Positions 60,918-64,000 of a stretch of DNA of 64,000 bases are shown one piece after another. Location: contig DIQT01000015.1 of the NCBI GenBank assembly GCA_002427365.1, positions 77,222 through 141,221 of the forward strand, in the 5' to 3' direction. Source of the DNA: Bacillales bacterium UBA5455 (GTDB lineage Bacteria > Bacillota_I > Bacilli_A > RFN20 > CAG-826). Each line of letters opens with the position of its first letter. The stretch's first letter is position 1. A program made the translations under genes and the position numbers. The notes under the pieces were generated by a model, which was not told the origin of the DNA, did not search any database, and worked only from the letters and a program-made list of their open reading frames with translations.

Positions 60918-62519
60918 TTATTGGAACATAACGTGGCTAACAATAATTGCTGTGTTTTTGTCTGTTGTATGTTCGTTAGCGAAAATAATGCGGAAATAGT
61001 GATCAACTAATGGGGCATCTAATTCAAATACTAAATCAGAAATGCTTGTTGCTTGATAACCGACTTCGATTGGAGCTGTGAATGCAGCATCAACAGAAGC
61101 TTGCACATAGACACCATGAGTTGTTACTCCAGATGTCCAAATATCGATAACGCCAACAGTAATCTTGGAAACGGAACCAACGACTGGAGCTTTTGAAATA
61201 AAGTATTCAGCTTGAACTTTAGCCGCTAATTCGGCATCAAATGGTAAACCACTTGTGATAACAGTGTCAATTGTAGCATTGGTTGATTTCCCACCAACTC
61301 TAATACCAGGTTTCGCCCAATTATTTGGGTTAATTCCGCGCATTTTCCAATCTAAGGATGTACCAGCAGCGTTACCAACTTTAACATTATATTCTGTCGC
61401 GTAACTGTAGTTAGAGCCAGTTTGGTCAGATTCTAAGAAATATTTAGCATCTGATAAGTCAGCGTTGTAAACAAAGCTTGCAGCTTCTTCAACTGTCACA
61501 GTTAATTCACCTTTGATTTCGCCAACAGCGGCAGTAATCTTAGCAGTACCAGCAGCAACAGCGGTAACTTTACCAGCTGCATCAACAGTTGCGACTTCTG
61601 GATCGCTAGAAGCATAAACTAAACCTTCAATCGGTGCACCGTTAGGTGTAACGACTAATGTAGCAGCGGCATCATATTCATCTTCAACTGTGATTTCTTT
61701 GGCGGCTGGGTTAAAGCCTAAAGCTGATAATGTAACAGCTTCACCTTTAGTAATTTCAACAGTTTCAGCCCGTAATGGATTTAATTGATAATTTTTATAC
61801 ATGCCAACTGCACCAGTAAATTTAATGGTGTCATTAATTGTAACTGAATCAAATTTTGCTTTTAAAGCTTCTTGGATTTCTGTATCAATATAGCCGGACA
61901 TGTAGATTTGGAATTGTTTTTCACCTAATTTAACATCAATTGGGCTATTTGTGCCAACAGTAATTTTACCACTGACGAATTTTAAACCATCGACAACGAC
62001 TTGAGCGCCATCTTTGCCTTCTAAAGCTTCATTACTCCATTCGGTAATTACCATAGGAGTAATAACAGGTGCATCACCTTCTAATTTTGTGATTGTGCTA
62101 TTGCTTAATTGATATAAACCATTAAAAATTTGGGTTTTACCAGTAGCGGAAACGTAATCACCAATTGCTAGGTCAGTGACATCTTCAACAAATGATAGAG
62201 TAAGTGCGTAATTTCCTTCTTGGACAATTACGCCAAACTTGCCGGAAGCCATGCCGTAAATTTCAGTAACGGTACCTTTAATAGTAACATTAGTATCGGC
62301 TTCTTTAGCAGCGATCCGAGCTTCTTCGATTGTAACGTAATCAGTGTCTGGAATGCTTTCTTTTTCCGAAGATGGATCTGATAACGGTTCTTCTGAACTT
62401 GGAAGTTCGATTCCGCCTTCTGACGACGATGGTGGGGCGCTCGTATCTTCGCTAGGTTTGTTTACGCATCCAGCTAATAGAAGCGCGAAAATTGGTAATA
62501 GAATTAATTTCTTTTTCAT
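60918..62519 (-). CDS. surface lipoprotein with tandem OB-fold-like modules and a bacterial Ig-like (Big_2) domain
   Basis: The start at 62519 (MKKKLILLPIFALLLAGC) gives a signal peptide with lipobox LLAGC, after an AAGGAGGA RBS. A Ser/Pro/Glu-rich linker follows. OB-like segments (VTIKGTVTEIYG...FGVIVQ...GDYVSATGKTQIFNGLYQL). Big_2 signature ATVDAAGKVTAVAAGTAKITAAVGEIKGELTVTV. Confidence 0.65.
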   Translation of the reverse strand: MKKKLILLPIFALLLAGCVNKPSEDTSAPPSSSEGGIELPSSEEPLSDPSSEKESIPDTDYVTIEEARIAAKEADTNVTIKGTVTEIYGMASGKFGVIVQEGNYALTLSFVEDVTDLAIGDYVSATGKTQIFNGLYQLSNSTITKLEGDAPVITPMVITEWSNEALEGKDGAQVVVDGLKFVSGKITVGTNSPIDVKLGEKQFQIYMSGYIDTEIQEALKAKFDSVTINDTIKFTGAVGMYKNYQLNPLRAETVEITKGEAVTLSALGFNPAAKEITVEDEYDAAATLVVTPNGAPIEGLVYASSDPEVATVDAAGKVTAVAAGTAKITAAVGEIKGELTVTVEEAASFVYNADLSDAKYFLESDQTGSNYSYATEYNVKVGNAAGTSLDWKMRGINPNNWAKPGIRVGGKSTNATIDTVITSGLPFDAELAAKVQAEYFISKAPVVGSVSKITVGVIDIWTSGVTTHGVYVQASVDAAFTAPIEVGYQATSISDLVFELDAPLVDHYFRIIFANEHTTDKNTAIIVSHVMFQ

Positions 62520-62668
62520 ATTATTGAATTCCTCCTTTTTCTTTACCAAAATAATTATAGCATAATGCATTTTGCTCTGCTTACCTTATTTACTTAATAA
62601 GCTTACTTAATTTAATTAGTAATCAAAGCAATTACATTTAAAACTCAAAATAAAATAGACAACAACTA

Positions 62669-64000
62669 CTAATCACGATTTAAATAACTTTTTATTGAAT
62701 ATTGGAGTGTTGCCACCTCCTTAAATATATTTACTTCTAATTCACCAATTAAATCGACATACGGTGAAGAGAGAAATAGTTCGTAATCAAGATTCCAGCC
62801 AATAATTTTAAAATCCTTCGTAATGGATGTAATAATATGTGTTTTTGCTTTACCCCAACTAAAGATACTTGTTGGTAGACGTTCCAATTTAAACTGGGGG
62901 GCAGGGAAACCAACACCGAATGGTTTTAGCTTCGCAAGAAAGTTATAATTTTCAAAATTAAATTCATTTATATCTTTAATTATTATAGCATTTTCTTCTT
63001 CAATGTCAAAAAGATACATAAGCGCTAGCGCATTAAATTTTTCTTTAAATAGGGGGAAATTTTCTTTTAAAAGGGAACAGCCACCCGCAGCCCCATGACC
63101 ACCATAAGAAATAAATAATTCACTCATTGATTGAAATGCTTTGGCGATTGAAAAACCACTTCGGGAACGAGCACTTCCCTTTAAAACATCAGGGTTTTTC
63201 GTATCTTCTTTAAAAACAACGGTTGGTTTATCATATGTATTTAAATAGCGTGCCGCCAGTAACCCAATCAAACCTTCTTTTTCATTCGTAAAAACAATTA
63301 ATGCTGGGTCATTTAGATTTACTTCTTCTTTGTTTTCAAACGCGGCATTCATACTTGATTTACGGTCTTCATTTATCTTATTAATCCAGTGGGCCGTTCG
63401 CTTAATCGTTGGTAAATCATCAGTTGTAAAGTAGGTAACTAATTGATTTATTTCAATTTTTTCTAACATTCGGCCAATCGCATTAATTTTTGGGGCAATT
63501 GAAAAGCTAATTGTTTTTTCATCATATAACGAGGTATTCGCTAATAAGTTAAATTGTGGGTAGTTATGTTTATTAAGTGCTTCAAGTCCTAACCTGGTAA
63601 TTGTGCGGTTATACGAGCTTAATTCCATCATATCGCTAATCGTTGCGGTCATGGCTAGCGTTGCGTAATATTCGTCATAATATCCTAATAAGGCACTTGC
63701 AAGCATAAAAGCTACATACGTCCCACAACTAATTACATCGCCATATCCACTAACGGAAGGGTGTAAAATCGCGTAAGCATGAGGTAGGACATCTAAAACT
63801 TGGTGATGATCAGTAACAACGACATCAATCCCCAGTTCATTTGCTTTATCAATTGCCTCGTTTTGGGCAATTCCGTTATCGACAGTTATAATTAACGAAT
63901 AATCTTTGGCTTTAAATTCTTCAACTTTTGTGGGATTTAAGCCATAGCCATCTAAATAACGCGAAGGTAAATAATAACCAACTTGGGCGTTAAGTTTACG
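62669..64000 (-). CDS. recJ: Single-stranded-DNA-specific exonuclease RecJ (C-terminal two thirds; 5' end beyond the window edge)
   Basis: DHHA1 motif YGGHGAAGG. The frame stays open upstream of the ORF-track Met through DVVVTDHHQVLDV (DHH motif) to nt 64000 without a stop. Confidence 0.8.
   Translation of the reverse strand, partial: RKLNAQVGYYLPSRYLDGYGLNPTKVEEFKAKDYSLIITVDNGIAQNEAIDKANELGIDVVVTDHHQVLDVLPHAYAILHPSVSGYGDVISCGTYVAFMLASALLGYYDEYYATLAMTATISDMMELSSYNRTITRLGLEALNKHNYPQFNLLANTSLYDEKTISFSIAPKINAIGRMLEKIEINQLVTYFTTDDLPTIKRTAHWINKINEDRKSSMNAAFENKEEVNLNDPALIVFTNEKEGLIGLLAARYLNTYDKPTVVFKEDTKNPDVLKGSARSRSGFSIAKAFQSMSELFISYGGHGAAGGCSLLKENFPLFKEKFNALALMYLFDIEEENAIIIKDINEFNFENYNFLAKLKPFGVGFPAPQFKLERLPTSIFSWGKAKTHIITSITKDFKIIGWNLDYELFLSSPYVDLIGELEVNIFKEVATLQYSIKSYLNRD

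Overview
This is a roughly 64 kb window from a low-GC genome (mid-30s % GC by eye) that uses the standard genetic code. Long ORFs close on TAA/TAG/TGA and Trp is encoded by TGG. Gene order follows Bacillus-type synteny almost block for block: lepA-hemW-hrcA-grpE-dnaK-dnaJ, mtaB, rpsU, ybeY-cdd-era-recO-glyQS-dnaG-sigA-trmK-nif3, ispH, cshB-nfo, efp, plsY-parE-parC, yqeG-yqeH-yhbY-nadD/yqeK-rsfS, xerD-deoB, recN-dxs-xseBA-nusB-asp23 and recJ...rel-hisS-aspS-tkt. From this I infer a Firmicutes/Tenericutes-type organism (Acholeplasma- or Erysipelotrichia-like), but that is inference only. The region is chromosomal core with about 60 CDS. It has no rRNA or tRNA genes, no CRISPR array and no obvious mobile element. 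An L33 gene (rpmG, 30207..30356) is missing from the ORF track, and the DinG-like and RecJ genes run off the two window edges. Regulatory elements readable from sequence are a near-consensus CIRCE operator plus sigma-A promoter in front of hrcA, a T-box leader (AAUUAAGGUGGUACCGCGG) with terminator in front of hisS-aspS-tkt, and many rho-independent and bidirectional terminators. Features that core-gene synteny does not explain: (1) two tandem full-length primary-type sigma-70 paralogs after dnaG; (2) a Fic-fold protein with a fully degenerate HPFx[D/E]GNGR motif, a Pro/Thr-rich linker and a C-terminal winged helix, plus a small membrane protein, inserted between lepA and hemW; (3) an orphan C39 (double-glycine) peptidase fused to a transmembrane domain with no ABC ATPase, between rpsU and ybeY; (4) a MazF/PemK-fold domain with an 85-aa acidic N-terminal extension, sitting alone at a synteny breakpoint flanked by about 700 nt of non-coding AT-rich DNA; (5) a NadD-YqeK fusion; (6) an EF-P lacking the canonical PGKG lysine loop; (7) a Big_2/OB-fold surface lipoprotein between recJ and rel; (8) a recurring AACTACT-type intergenic motif. 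All functional calls rest on motif and synteny recognition by eye. No database search was run.
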